Positions 1-14,400 of a stretch of 64,000 nt of DNA are shown here, one piece after another. The notes below the pieces were generated by a model. It worked only from the letters and a program-made list of their open reading frames with translations. It ran no database searches and was not told where the DNA came from. The position numbers and the translations under genes were made by a program. The stretch's first letter is position 1. Each line of letters begins with the position of its first letter. Source of the DNA: Eledone cirrhosa (taxonomy: Eukaryota); contig OZ024742.1 in NCBI GenBank assembly GCA_964016885.1, positions 69,502,001 to 69,566,000 of the forward strand, in the 5' to 3' direction.

Positions 1-900
1 TGTTCTTTCCTCTCGCTTTTATACCAAGTAGTTTCCTCACCGTATTTGCTGTTGCTTTGAGGATATTGTTGCACTGGTGAAGGCTCCTCGCCTCAAGGTA
101 TGGGATGACTTTGTTTACCTTAGCTGTTGTTTCTTTTAACTTTTTCCTGTCTACAAATCTTAGGTTCATAGGTCTCCCACTATCATTGTTCAATTCATCT
201 ACCACTAAATTTAGGATGCCAACTGAATCTTGTCCTAGCCCGTCAGCATTCATCTCCTCAGTGGCCGTATCTCTGTTCCAGGTATTATTTATCTAAGTAT
301 TCAGATCATTGTCTGCTTCGGGTGGTTCCTCCGTTCTCAGGACCTCTTCACCTTCATTTCCCACTGGCTCGCTTGTCTGGCATACTACACCCGCCATCTC
401 CAAGCCATTCTCTCTGCTCAGTTCCTCCAGTTCCAGCTCGCTTATCCACCCATTAGTTCTTATTACCCGAGCCTGCCCGGCCAATTTTTGTTCATCTAAT
501 TTAAATAGACCAATCTCGTTCCAGATGTTATGCATCCGTCTCCTGTAGCCCCTCTCCTTGGGGTTACTTTTCAGGTAACATTGCATAACAGTTCTATTCA
601 ATTCTTTAGTCCAGTTGGTTCTGGCCCCTTTCCTTCTTCTTCTTCCTCCAACATCAGCAGTATTTGGTTGACAGTCAGGTTCCTGCTGCTGAGCCAGGGG
701 GCACCTGTTGGGTGAGAGTCTGTCACATGACGTTCTAGTCTCCATTTCACCGTTATTCGAACTGTTTATGTTCGATATTTCAACACTCTTATCGAGGATT
801 GGCGAATGTATGGTTACATAGCCATCTGTGGATTCGCCGTTCCACTTGGCCCTTGTGTGGCATTATCACCACGCTGTATACGAACACACATAAACAAACA
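1..900 (-). mobile_element. R4/Dong-clade non-LTR retrotransposon, 5' portion (runs off window start)
   Basis: ORF 293..745 contains WTKELNRTVMQCY..GYRRRMHNIW..EQKLAGQARVIRTNGWISELELEEL, the N-terminal region typical of R4/Dong elements. Confidence 0.75.
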
Positions 901-929
901 AACACACAGGCAGAAAGGGCCCCAAAAAT

Positions 930-1800
930 GAATAAGCATAAGTTTCATTGTAATGTAGTGTTCGAATGTCTGACTTAGTTTTTGTTTTTTTAGTTTTAGT
1001 TCCCCCCCCCCTCTTCTCTGTCCGTCCGCCTGCTTCTCTCTTCATTCTTATTTTCTTTACGTTTTTTGTTTTTGTTTTTCTCTGTTTGTTTTTCTCGTTT
1101 TTTGCTGTTGTTGCTGTGCTGCTTTGGTTTTGTTGTTTGTTTTTTCTTTTTTCTTTTGAGTCTATCTATATATTTATTTTGATGCCTTCCTCTTTTTTAG
1201 TAGTAGGAATTCTATAATGTGGTGGCAGCAGCCAGCTATAGAGAAGTGGATGACTGGCGGCGGTAGCGATACTGAGACAGTGGTGGTGGTGATGTCGATA
1301 CCGAGGCAGTGGTGGTGGCGATGTGATCGTATTACTGTGGTGATGGTGTTGTAGTGGTGGTAGCAGTGAAGGAGTGAAGGAGTGGTGATGGGATAGTGGT
1401 CGTAATGATGGCAGTAGTGAGCGGTGGTGGTAAAATTGCCGTTATCTGGCTGTTGTGTTTAGTGTGCACAGGTGATGAGGTGGGTGGTGTATCTAGTTTC
1501 TGGTGTTGGTGAGTTTGGCTGTTCTATATAGTGTAGACAGAGGAGAGGAGGGGGGTTCTTCTTCCATTTATAGCCATTTTCTTTTTTGGATATACAGTGT
1601 ACAATACAAAGTTGAATATTTGAATATTTGAGCCTTATAACAATATATTTTGGGTCCGAATTTTTGGGGCTGAAGCCGGGTGCTTTACGTAGCATTTGTA
1701 CTAAGAGTTGTTATTTCACAAATGATTTAAATATGTTAAAAATTCAAAACTTACGGGAGCGATTTCATGACCTCCGCCACCTCGTGCGTCTTCTTCCTCC
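930..1800 (-). mobile_element. Tx1/L1-like element 5'UTR and ORF1 start, decayed
   Basis: Begins right after an (AAT)n tract; Thr/Pro/Lys-rich low-complexity composition resembles the 5' region of the Tx1-like copies at 2395 and 9627. Confidence 0.4.
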
Positions 1801-2338
1801 AATTATTATTATTATTATTATTATTGTTGTTATTCCTTGAATCTCAGTCATTGATGTTGGTTAACTGGAAAGTCCGTTGGATTGAATATCAAGCCACTAC
1901 CTGCAGCCTCAAATATTCAGGACGTATCGGAGGGTTCTTGCTGTTCCAAGCAAGCATGCCTTTTGAAGCGTTCCAAAAAGCGTGAAGGGGCCGATTTTCT
2001 TTAACCATCCCTGGAAACTTTTGGAGATAGTCCCCAGTGCGCCTATGACAATCGGGATCACTTTGACTTCATGGCAGTTCCAAATCATTTTCACCTCCCA
2101 CTTTAGGTCCTGGTATCGGTTAATTTTCTCCCTCTCCTTCTCTTGCACTCTCGTGTCGAACGGGCAGGCCACATCCACAATCAGACACGATCTTTTTTCT
2201 TTGTCCACAACCACCAGGTCAGGTCTATTGTGTTCCAGTTTTTTGTCCGTCTGTATCCTAAAATCCCACAGCACCTTCACCTGATTGTTCTCCATCACCG
2301 CCTCCGGCCTATGCTCATACCATTTCTCAGAATGTGGT
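1801..2338 (-). mobile_element. R4/Dong-like element 3' fragment (restriction-like endonuclease) with (TAA)n tail
   Basis: ORF 1909..2298: VLWDFRIQTDKKLEHNRPDLVVVDK..IVDVACPFD..KINRYQDL..IPIVIGALG..LQKACLLGTARTLR; flanked on both sides by (ATT)n. Confidence 0.85.
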
Positions 2339-2340
2339 AA

Positions 2341-2394
<54 letters not shown>

Positions 2395-5300
2395 GGCGAC
2401 CTACGTAGTAAATCGTATTATTGTGACCTCCGCAAAGGTTTGTTATTTTCCGTTGTTTAAAATTGCCATTTATGGAAAATTGTTATTGTTAACCATATAT
2501 AAGTGCACATACATTGATTTCTGAAAAGGACACTCAAAAAAGATTGGGGCCTTGAGCCCAAAATTTTAACTTTTTATAATTATCAAACAAACAAAAAAAT
2601 TCTATGAAAAATCATGGCCTACCCACAGCTGAACCCAGTAGCTGAGAGCCTTCCTCACAAACTAACAACTCACACCGACACCACCATTGTAAATATACTA
2701 CGTTTGCCAACACTAAAAATATAAACAGTACCAATATTTTAGATTTGTCTCACGCAGACATTCATTTCCCGCCATTAACATTAACTGCAGGTGTTAAAGC
2801 CGCCACCCCACCACCACCACCACAGCAACAACAGAAACAAAAGAAAAAAATAATTTAACTCGTGATATCGAAATGAATTCAACCAAATTGAACTCTTCCA
2901 CACCGAACACCACTGACGCCACCACCACCACAACTGGAACTAAAATTAACAATAACAAAAATAACGATAACAACAACAACAGCAACAATGAAATTAAGAA
3001 AACCACCCTGAGTTTTGCCAGAGTAGCAAAACAGTGCGAAGCATTCCAGGAAACTCAGGAGGAATTAGAAGAAGCCAAAAAAATGGTAAATAAAGATGGG
3101 TACAGGTCAGCAGCACCCCACACCCACCTAATAAAATGGAGCATCGGCGCCTATGCACCGTGTCTAATCGGACGATTAACATAAAATCGCGCCGAGTGGA
3201 ACGGGCATCCGAGTCCCAAATCGAAAAAGCTTTGGGACATGTGTGGGCAAAAAAACCCCACATCAAACGTGGGCAGAAATATGGAACCGTGGACGTGTTC
3301 TTTGAAACACCACAGGACGCCAGTGAACACTCCATTGCCCCATTAAGAAGTGACGACTTCACACTCGTCCCAAGCTATTGTGGCCAGAGACTCGTGAAGA
3401 TCAGGGTGACCCACGTTCCACCGGCCATCGAAATTCCCTGGCTAATAGCTGCCGTACTCGCCGGCATTTGAAGCCAACACCAAGATAATCGAAATAGCGA
3501 AAGAAAAGCAGGAGAACTGGTCCGGATCTGGGATGGAGCTCTTGATCCAAGCGGACCAAAAAGGCATTGAGGAGATCCCAGAGGTAATAGACCTCACTGA
3601 CGGCAGCCACCTCACCGTAATCGTCGAGGGCAGAAGGCCTAGGTCTGTCGTTTGTGGTGAAGGAACCCACCTAAGGGCTTTCTGCCCTCAGGCTAAAAGG
3701 TTGAAGCCACCTCTCTTACCCACCCCAGTGAATCAACCATCAACACCACCAGCAGCAGAGATGGCAGCAACAACAGAAGCAACTGTAACAGCAACAACCC
3801 CAGTAACAGTAGCAAACCCAACACCACCACCACCCAACGCGCCAGAACTCGCACCAGCGCCTACACCATCCACCACGCCACAACCAAAACCAACGCCTGT
3901 GGACGATTTTACACTCCCCGGCCTATCACAACTGGAGACAGATTGTGACGACGAGGAGTGGGAAACGGTATCAAGAAAAAAGAAAAAAAAGAAACCAAAA
4001 AATAAAAAATTCTCTTCCCTCCCGCTCCAAAAACAAAATACAGAGGGAAACAAATAAACTATCAAACAAAAAAGTTAGGACAGATATGCCACCATCCACA
4101 CCAGCATCACCAACCCCATCACCACAAACACCAACACCACCACCATCATTAACCCAACACCACCATCACCAACACCGCAAAAGTCACCAAAAAGCGAAAC
4201 AGAAACAAACCCACAACAAACGCAAACAAAACAAAACAACCAAAACGATACACACTACACAGCATTAAATTTCGGGGTCGATAAAATAAAGTACCAGTAA
4301 TGCACTGGGTAATTGCTGGCCTTGTGCCTAAAGTAGAAACAATTAAATTTGAACAACAAGCAATTATTACACTACATCCAACACAACACCAGCAACACAG
4401 AAAAAGACTACACAACAACCCCAAAATTCACACCACCTCCACACATACAAATCACTCGCATCATACAGAAAACGTACACGACACTAAAACAAAAATTCAA
4501 AAAAAGACATCGGACACTTCCGACAAACACTCCCCAGGAGGATTTATAAGGACATCCTTCCGGAGGAGGCCACAAGCAGTGAAAAGAATGGACAAACCAT
4601 CCTTCCTCTACGAGAAGTAAGGTAAGTGGTCTTTCCCATCTTTTCCACTCCATTTCAACATGACCTCACTCAGAATAGGCAGCATAAATGCGCGTGGCTT
4701 GGGGTCGTCATGGAAGCAGGGCCACCTGCTCAACGACCTCAGGTAACTATACATAGATGTAGTGGCCATCAGCGAGACCAGAATCTTCGACGCACGGGCC
4801 TTCGCACCGATCTTCGGCGGTTACGATGTGTACGCATCTCCCAGCTTTCCTGGATCGGGGGGAGGAATTGCTGTGCTTTTTCGGAGAGGTTTGGATCTCG
4901 CCATACGGGTCATCTACCTGGTCCCAGAAGGTAAAGTTGGTGGTGCTTGACGTGACCAGCGGAGACGGGCAAGCTTGCAGGCTAGTGGCCGTCTATGCCC
5001 CACAGGAGCAGGGCGGCCTGATTTCTTCCGGCGTCTGGAGATCTTTCTTGGAACGTCCCGCTCTTTAGTGTTAGTGGGCGACTGGAACGGGATCTTAGAT
5101 GCACGCTGGGACTGTGTGGGATTAGCGGATAGGGGAGGAGGGTGAAAGAGCCTCACCAACCTGCTCAGGCGTTTTGAACTCTCTGACAGGTACCGATTGG
5201 ATTTCCCGAATGTGCCAATGTAGACTTGGACGAATCGCATAGGGTCATCCAGATCATATCTAGATAGAGTATTTTGTTGGGAAATAGATAGGTCTAGCAT

Positions 5301-8110
5301 AGGCTGTCCACAATTCAAGATAGTCAGCTACACGGACCACAAATTCGTGTTCTGTGTGCTTGACTTAGATAGGCTTCATAGACGAGGACACGGCTACTGG
5401 AAGCTAAACGCGTCCTTACCAGCGCGCAAGGCCTACAGAAACCGGATTAGCGAACTAGTGGTGGTTTGCTCTAAACAGGTGGTGGTTTGCTCTAAAAAGA
5501 GCGATTAGAATAGAATCCATTAGGTTTAGTAAGGCTTTAGCAATAGAGAAAAATAGAGCAGAGGGAGAACTAGTTAGAAAATTAGACGAGGCGCTTAGCA
5601 AAGGCATCGCGACCGACGTACTTGCGGTTAAATTGGCCCTTGACCAATTCTTCAACGAAGGCTGTGTTGTCTGAGCTAGGGTGCGTGCTCTCAGACACGA
5701 GGGGAGGAACGCCGTTCAATGGGCCCGAGTAGCGAAGGCGCGTCGTGGCAACAAAGCCATGATCCGGTCTTTGGTGGACCACGACGGGCGCATGCTACTC
5801 GATCCCGGGCAAATGTGTGAAGCTTTTCAGCGACACTTCGCACAGCTGTTCGGGGGTAGCGGCGGGCCAGATCGAGGGATGGACTTTAGTGTCTACCTCG
5901 ACGGACTGCCGCTGCTCTCGGCTACTGAGGCGGAGTGTTGCGAAAAGCCGATAACAGCCGCTGAAGTACGGGAGGCAATGACTGGCTGCACAAGGGGTAA
6001 ATCGCCTGGTTTGGATGGTCTGCCCTATGAACTTTACGTACAGATGCCAGAATTGTTCGGAGGCCTCATGGCGGACGTATACTGCAACTGTCAACAGAAC
6101 GAGAGAATTCCCAGCTCTGTGAGCCTTGGAGTGGTGGCGCTGCTGAGAAAGGATCCGAACAAGGGGGATAACATAGATAATTTCAGACCCATAGCTCTGC
6201 TAAACAGTGTTCAAGATTTTCGCCAAGGTGCTAGCAAAAAGGTTGGCGCTTGTCGTTGGTGCTCTGGTGGGAGAGGCGCAGACATGCGCCATTCCCGACA
6301 GATCCATCCACGACAACCTCCACCTCATGCGATACATCGGAGAGAGGGTAGCTAAGGAACCTGGCACGGGTGGGTCCTTGATCAATTTAGATCAGTCGAA
6401 AGCTTTCGATAGGGTCGACCATCGTTACCTAGAGGCAGCCCTGAGGGCGGCTGGCTTTGGCCCCGACTTCAGAGGCTGGATCGCTGCCATGCACAGCGAC
6501 ATCTGCTCTGTGGTGAGAGTGAACGGTCACCTTTCGGAACCGTTCAACATCATGCGCTCGGTCCGCCAAGGATGTCCCTTCTCGTCCCTCTTGTACGTAT
6601 GAGTCTCGAGCGATTACTGCACAAACTGAAGACGTTGAGGGGAGTCCCACGCAAACTAGGATGTGGAAGATCCGTGTCAGCATATGCGGACGATGTCACC
6701 GTAGTGGTGTCGAACGCCAAACACATCGAGGCGATCGGCACTACACTAAGAGAATACGAAGCGGTGATAGGGGCAATGATCAACCAGGAAAAGTCAGTGG
6801 GCCTGCAGCTCGGCACCTGGAGAGGCAGGTCCATGCCGTCCAACAACGTCGTCGGGCGCTGGACGGACGGACCGGTTAAATTGCTAGGGGTCTGGTTCGG
6901 TCCGGACCTCCAGATGGACAAAAACTGGGACGAGGTGACGAGCAGGGTGGCTTCTCTCACCCAGAAATGGGCCGAGAGGAAGCTATCCCTGAAAGGTCGA
7001 GCGGAAGTGGCTAACGCGTACATCGCGTCCGTCATCTACTGCCGCCTGACCGTCGTACCTTGTCCTAAGCCCCGCCTGACTACGCTGGAGCGTTTGCTCT
7101 TTAGCTTTTGTTAAAGGGACGCGCTCCGATGGTCAGGCGGTCCATCTGCTGTCAACACCCGCTACGTGGAGGGCTGGGCATGCCGTGGCTGATGATCCGC
7201 AGACACGCGCTCAGGCTACGTCATCTCCACCTCTTCCTCGACGGTGATCAGGTGTGGTCGCCGTTTGCTAGACACTTCTTTCCAAGCTCGTCTCTTTGAC
7301 GGAGCTGCAGTCCTGGGTCAAGCGAAGACCTAGAGGGAGCGCTTGGAGACTGAAATGTTTTCAGGCGCTCACAGCCCTCGACCAATCGGGCAATGTGATC
7401 GGTGGAAACTCCACCTTGGCGTTCTATAGAGGATTAGTGGAGGGGAAGGGCGACGACGTACTTGGAGAAACTCTAGGCGTCGACGAAAATCAACTAGCCA
7501 ATCTCTTCGGAAGGACTTTCGGGCCGGGGCCTATGGAAAACTTTCAGAAATCCCTGGCCTGGCAATGCTACCGAGGAACTTTGCCAGTTCGGGATAAACT
7601 CTACAGGCATGGAGGTGCCGTCAGCCGGGCATGTCCGAGATGCGCACAGGGCGACGAAACCGTCCTGCACACACTCGTCCAGTGTCCGAGCATTGCTGAC
7701 TTGTGGGTTTATGTCGAACACCTGCTGTCACATGTAGGACGGATCCAGCTATCAGCTGAGTCCATCGTGAGGATTTCCCCGCCCTCCTCCTTTAGCCGGG
7801 AAGGGCAGGCAGAGTTTATCTGTCTGGTGGCCATGGCGAAAGAGATAGTATACACGTTTGAAAGGGCTGAAGACGAGCACTTACCTCTTCGGTGATGCAC
7901 TGATTAACTTTTTCAAATTTCATTTGAAAAGGAAAATCAGGGTAGAGAGGGAAGTGCTCTCTTCCCAGCATTTTGTTGAAAGATGGGTGAGAGAAGCAAG
8001 TATGGCCCGAGTGAATGGGCCTACTCTGAGTATGTGTCTGTAAATTAAAGGTGGAAAACTGGGAGAGGGCACTTGGCCTGGTGGTCAGGGTCACTGTAGC
8101 CTTTTAATGG
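2395..8110 (+). mobile_element. Tx1/L1-clade LINE, near full length, frameshifted (ORF1 ~2870-4270, ORF2 4660-8043)
   Basis: APE endonuclease (SINARGL, VAISETR, YWKLN), RT (SPGLDGLP, FRPIALLN, KAFDRVDH, VRQGCP, AYADD), C-terminal CPRC..ETVLHTLVQC; multiple stops and frameshifts. Confidence 0.9.
4270..4345 (+). mobile_element. tRNA-SINE 3' fragment inserted in the Tx1 element
   Basis: ggggtcgataaaataaagtaccagtaatgcactggg..gtagaaacaatt, shared with the other SINE copies. Confidence 0.75.
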
Positions 8111-9485
8111 GCTTTAAAAAAAACATGGCTGAGCCACGCCACCCAGCAATATGTCTGCTGTCATGTGATAACGGCGTAAAAGTTGAGAGGGTGTTACAGA
8201 ATTTGATAAAACAGACACCACCACAAACAACGCGAACAAAGACAGCAACACTGAGAACGCTAATTTTGAAAAAATTACCACACCAACTACAACAATAACA
8301 GCGTCAACCAAAATACAGACAACAGAAAAAAATGACAACAAATGCAACAACGATATTAACACCACTAACAAGAAAATAAACAACGACAACACCAACAGCA
8401 ACAATATAAATTGCACCGAAAACAACAACAACGGTGGCACCAGAAACACAACCAACTACAACAGTGATAACAGCAACAACAGCAACAACACCGTTTGTAG
8501 CAGTACAACAGCAACAGTACGAACAACAAGACCTGAAAAAGGGGCCCCTTCTTTCGTAGGTGTGGCCCGAAATATAGAGAGAGCGCTAGTCACGGAGGAG
8601 AGATGGCAGTCGCAAGAGCCATGGTGTCGAGAAACGACAATAGAGTTTCCCTGAAACCTCCACCCGATTTCTTCAAAGACCAGCAGCTGCGCACGGTGAC
8701 TTACCGCACCGTAAGAAAAATGTCACATCGGGTGGAGAGAGCCACGGAGGCTCAAATCCAAAAGGCCTTGGGTGCGTCTGGGCGCACAAATCCCACGTCA
8801 CCCGAGGCAAAAAGTACGCCACAGTAGACAGACTTTTCGCCCCCCCCCCCCCCCCCAGATGCGAAGTCTCACTCTTTGGAACCCCTAAAGAGCGAGCGAG
8901 GAGATAGTCTTGGTGCCCTCCTACTTGTGGAGCTATGTCGAACAGTTGCTGTTGTGTGTAGGACTGATCCGGTTATCGACTGAGTCCATTGTCCAGATGG
9001 TCTCACCTTCTTCCTTCGAGGAGGAATGGCAGGCGGTTTTCATATGCCTGGTGGCCATGGCGAAAGAGAATGTGTGATGGATTAACTTTTTCAAGTTTCA
9101 CTTGAAGAGGAAAATCAGGGTGGAGAGGCAAGTACTGCCTTCTAGCAAGTTTGTTGAAAGGTGAGTGTAGTTTGAGGAATGGGAAAAAATTGAGAGAGGG
9201 CGCTTGCCCTGGTGGTCAGGGTAGCCGTGGTCTTTTGTGTGGTTTTCGCCACGAGTAACCCTCGGATGTCCCCCCCCCCCCATTAGGGAATTTTTCATTG
9301 TTTGAATTTTCATTTTTATTATTTATATATATATGTTTCTATGTCTTTTTTCTTTTTCGTTTCTTATATAAATAATAAAAACTTTTACACGCACAAAACC
9401 CACATCATACCGTCCTGTACCGTTCTGTGCAGTCTGTAATGTTTTTTCTTGATGTCAGCCCTTGTGGCCAATAAAGAAATCATTA
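8110..9485 (+). mobile_element. Tx1-like fragments: ORF1 remnant of a related subfamily fused to ORF2 end and 3'UTR
   Basis: RVERATEAQIQKALG matches ORF1 at 3190; 8915-9230 is homologous to 7700-8095; ends cagcccttgtggccaataaagaaat. Confidence 0.75.
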
Positions 9486-9486
9486 T

Positions 9487-9626
9487 AGTTACGTCCCTTT
9501 ACAGTCTGAGTTCAAATCCCGCCGAGGTTAACTTTGCCTTTCATCCTTACCGGGTCGATAAAATAAAGTACCAGTAATGTACAGGCTAATTGCTGGCCTG
9601 TGCCTAATGTAGAAACAATTATTATT
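9487..9626 (+). mobile_element. tRNA-SINE (5' truncated)
   Basis: B-box gagttcaaatccc, core aactttgcctttcatcc..gtcgataaaataaagtaccag, (att)n tail. Confidence 0.8.
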
Positions 9627-11054
9627 GGCGACTTGCGTAGGAAAACGTGTTATCGTGAGCTACTGAAAGTGTTGTTTTAAGTTGTTTTGAATTGCCAGTT
9701 ATGGAAAATTTTTGTTAACTGTTTATATATTGCTTTCTGAAAAGGACACTCCATAATATTGGGGCCTTGAGGCCAAATTTGAACTATATTTTATCAAACA
9801 ATCCATGTTTTTCTAAAAGAAAAAACATGGACGGTATACGCCTTCCCAAATTAAGCCAGCTGTCACGTGACAGTGCCTCTAACATAGACACTACTCCCAC
9901 AAGCACCATTGTGTACCTTGCTACAATTGCCAACACGGATGTTTTCGCTAACAGCAGCAACACCACCAGCAATAGCAGTCACCAAAATTTGCCACGTGTG
10001 AAAGTAGACTTTCCAACTTTGCTAATGTCTATTGGTGTTAAAGATGGCATCTCCACCGCCGCAATGTCGAAGAATACCTCCTACACCACTGATACCACCA
10101 CCACCATCACAGCAACAAATGAAACAAAAAATAATGATAACAAAAATAACAATAACAATAACAACAACAGCAACACCAGCGCAAAAGCAAATGTGTCTTT
10201 TGCTAAAGCGGCGAATAAGAACGAAACGATTGAAGTAAGCCAGGAAGAACAGAATGAGGCCAGGCGAATGGTGAAAAAAATGGTTACAGTGGAGCTGGAA
10301 TCCGAGTCCCAGATTCAAAACGCTTTGGGACTTGTGTGCGCTCAGAAAACCCACATCAGACGTGGACAAAGATATGGGACCATGGATGTGTTCTTTTGAT
10401 TACCACAGGAAGCCAGAAAACACTCCATGGCTCCACTAAAGAGCGAAGATTTCACACTAGTCCAAAAACTGCAGACACAGGCTCGTGAGAATGAGGGTAA
10501 TCCAGGTACCACTGGCCGTTGAAATTCCCTGGCTGATGGCTTCCGTCCTTGCCGACATCGAGGACGATACAAAGATGATCGAGGTGATAAGAATAAAACA
10601 GGAGAACTGCTCCGGATCTGGAATGGAGCTCCTGATCCAAGCGGATCAGAAAAACATCCAAGAGATCCCAGAGCTCATAGACCTCGATGACAGTAGCCAC
10701 CTCACCGTAATGGCTGAAGGTAGGAGGCCAAGGCGTGTCGCTTGTGGCGACGGAACCCACCTAACGGCCTTCTGCCCTCAGGGGATGGTTAAAAAATTGA
10801 GGTTTTTTCTCTTGCCTACCTCACTGGCTCAACCAGCATAAAATAAAAACTGGGAGAGGGCACTTGCCCTGGTGGTCAGGATTACCGTGGCTTTTTAAAT
10901 GAGTTTTCTCCACAAATGACCCCGGAAGTCTCCTCCTCTCTGGGGAATTTTCCTTTGTTTCATTTTTTTTGTTATTTCCTTTGTTATTATTTTTCTTTAC
11001 ACGCCCATTTTTACCGTCCTGTACCGTCCTGTACCGTCCTGTACCGTCCTGTAC
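9627..11054 (+). mobile_element. Internally deleted Tx1-like element (5'UTR + ORF1 joined to 3'UTR, no ORF2)
   Basis: 5' end ggcgac.. homologous to 2395; ORF1 homologous to 3000-3740; at ~10840 jumps to actgggagagggcacttgccctggtggtcagg, the 3'UTR seen at 8057; ends in (gtaccgtcct)n. Confidence 0.8.
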
Positions 11055-11254
11055 NNNNNNNNNNNNNNNNNNNNNNNNNNNNNNNNNNNNNNNNNNNNNN
11101 NNNNNNNNNNNNNNNNNNNNNNNNNNNNNNNNNNNNNNNNNNNNNNNNNNNNNNNNNNNNNNNNNNNNNNNNNNNNNNNNNNNNNNNNNNNNNNNNNNNN
11201 NNNNNNNNNNNNNNNNNNNNNNNNNNNNNNNNNNNNNNNNNNNNNNNNNNNNNN
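11055..11254. other. Assembly gap (200 N)
   Basis: Run of N preceded by a 10-bp tandem repeat. Confidence 1.
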
Positions 11255-11432
11255 GCATCACTGCCGAGTTTACTCCTTACTCTACGCAGTTAGTCTTAGT
11301 GTACTTCATCCTGCTTTTAGGTCATGCTTCGAAGGAAGAGATACTCCATTGGCCGAAATACTGCGAAAACGGCAAAAAAAAATATCCTCGGGTGCATAAG
11401 AGTGTAGGTTTCATTTGTATATACATACATGA

Positions 11433-14400
11433 GGATTGCAGCGTCTTCACCGACGATTGCCCGTCTCTTATTGATTCTTCGTTATCATCCCATCTGCGTC
11501 CCATGACTTCGTAGATGGCTTTGTAGTCCAGCTGTAGATCTGCATGGTTTACGACACAGGTGACAGAAGAGAGTTGTGCTTTCCACAGGACCGGTGGTGT
11601 CACCCTGTGGGATACAATCTGTATGTGCCACCATGTGTCTTTTTATTGTGGAACTAGTTCTACACATTTTGCTGCACGATGTTTCGCCAGGTCTTTGTTG
11701 AGTGGTGTTGTGGGTGGTTATCCTTTCACGTGACATCAGGTGATTAACATAACCAGCTTTTAAGAGGAGTACACGCTGACAGGATTTGTATATCCAACTA
11801 CTGATGACTTCACCAAGACTGTGAGCACAGCCCTTCCGGAGCTGACGCTTTAGTTGTTTATGTTGTAGACGACATTCCTCAAAGGTTTTGCAACTGCCCT
11901 TTATGCGCTTTCTCCACTCAGCCCTATTTAGAGCTATCTCCTCCCAGTTGTCTATATCAAATACCAGCTCTTTGGGATTGTTCTTGGTGCTGTCTCTGAA
12001 CTTCATTTTCGGTTTGTGTTGAGGTCTTTTTCCAAGTGGAGCTCACCATAAAGCGGTTGCTTCGGGATCCTGCTTTCTTTCATGAGAATGATATGTTCTG
12101 TCCAGTGCATTTGAGAAGATGTGACTTAGGACTCAACGCTTGGACATTCTGCTTTGATAAGAACATTTATGTTAGGAGTTCTGTCTTGCTATTTCATGTT
12201 GAATATGCGCCTTAAACATTTCTGATGAAAATGCTCAAGTAATTTAGTGTGTTTGCGGAATCGAATCCAGGTTTCGGCGGAATAAAAAAGAGCAGACAGA
12301 ACACATGATCATACATACACCTTATTATTGTTGGTAATGTTGTGATTTGCCCAAACTCTCTTTTCCAATTTTCTGAAGGCAACAGAGGCCATCTGGATGC
12401 GCAGATTTATTTCAGCATCCAAGGAACAATCATTTGAGAGTGTGTTAGCCATGTAGACAAATTTATCTTACTACTCCCAGCCTGGTTCCATCAACCATGA
12501 TATTGAGTTCAGTCTATGATTCTCCAGGAGCAGGAGTAAACATTACTTTGATCTTTTTAAGGCTGATTGTAAGCCCAAATGCTGTACACGAAGATGAGAA
12601 ACGGTCCATAATGTGTTGCATGCCAGCTTCTGTATGTGCTAGAAAGTCAGCATCGTCGGCTCAAAGAAGGTCTCTGATCAAAGCTTGAAACGTTTCTGTC
12701 TTGCCATTAAACCTTCTTAAATTGAAACATTTCTAGTGGTTTTGAACCGTAAAAGAATGCCTCTGTCACAATCATGCAAAGCAGCAAAGAAGATGGAGAA
12801 AAGCGTAGGAGCAGGAATATCACTTTGCTTTACCCCGTTGTCAGTTGGGATTTCACCAGTTAGTTGGCCATTGAAGGTAACCGAGCTTTCATATTTCTGT
12901 GCAGCTGCTTTAGCATACTCACAAACTTGGGTGGACATCCTACTTTTCCAAGTATTATCTCGAGTGCATCCCTGTTAACCGTGTAAAAGGCCTTCGTTAG
13001 GTCGACAAAGACATCATATAGAGTGACACACTGCTCAATGCATTTTCTTGTGTTTGTCTTACAGAGAAAATCATGTCAAATGTTTCCCTTCCTCTTCTAA
13101 AATCACTCTGTGATTCTGGGATAGTTGTAGGACAGATATCCTCCTCCAGATATCCTATTGAAGAAAAGTGTTGCGAGAACCTTGCCAACAGCTTCCAACA
13201 AAGTGATGCCACGGTAGTTTCTACATCGATTTTTCACCTTTGACTTTGTATAATGGTTTCTTATATAGGCACAAGTCCAGCATTTTGGGGGGAGGGGCAG
13301 TCGATTAAATCGACACCAGTGCATGACTGGTACTTTATTTTATCAACCTCGCAAGGATGAAAGACAAAGTTAACCGCGGGGTTTGAACTTTGCCTTTGTA
13401 TAATGATAACAAAACGCCGTTGATCCAGTCCTGCGGAACCGGGGACCCATTCCAACAATCATTGATGAAGTTATTTATCGCTTCTGTTACATTATCACTA
13501 CCGACTTTCAGCAGTTCGACTGGGATACCATCTGGACCTGGTGTCTTGCCAGAGTTAACCTGCTGGACTTCCAGCTTTATTACATCAGTAGAGGAAGTCG
13601 ATCCATACGGCGGACTATTTCACTATGAGGAAAGCCCTCTATCACTCCAAAATAAACCGCTGATGGGTTGTCAAGCAGGTCAGTAAAATGTTCCTCCCAA
13701 CGCTGAAAGATTTTTTATGGCTCTTTGATAATGATAGTGGCATGGTCCTTTGATAATGATAGTGGCATCTCAGAGGAGTTATTGAGGATGATGGTGGGCC
13801 GAAGACTTGACGTATCAAAGAGTAAAATGACTTCGAATCTTTAGTGTTAAAAGCCTGTTGGATTTCCGAAGAGATATTACTCCACCACTCATTTTGAATA
13901 CTGCGCAGTTAACGTTGCAGTGTTGCCTTGTGATTCTTGTAGGCTTTCCTGGGCAGCTGGTTGTGATACGGGATTCTGATTCAGGAGCTTTTCATAGAGA
14001 GTCTGCTTGATTTTCAGTAGCTGATTGATATTAGGATTGTTGTCATCAAACCAGTTCTGGTGTCTCTTGGTTCTAAAGCCAAGTACCTCAGCCCCCACTG
14101 AGTAAACTTGACTCAAACATTTTTACAGGTGCCAACAAAATCAAGACCATCAAATCTTTCAGTTAGGGTTGTACGCACATCTGCTTGCCACAGTTTGGTG
14201 ATATCAATGCGTTTTGGTGCTTTCACTCCACTCATACGAATTCTTTTGCGGATACTCATCTTGAACTTTCCTCGCACTAATTTGTGGTCAATGCCACATT
14301 CTGCACTACACAACACACTGTACACAAATCACTTAGATCTCGTTTACGAGTGATGATGAAATCAATCATGTATCCATGCTTGGATCTTGGATGATACCAG

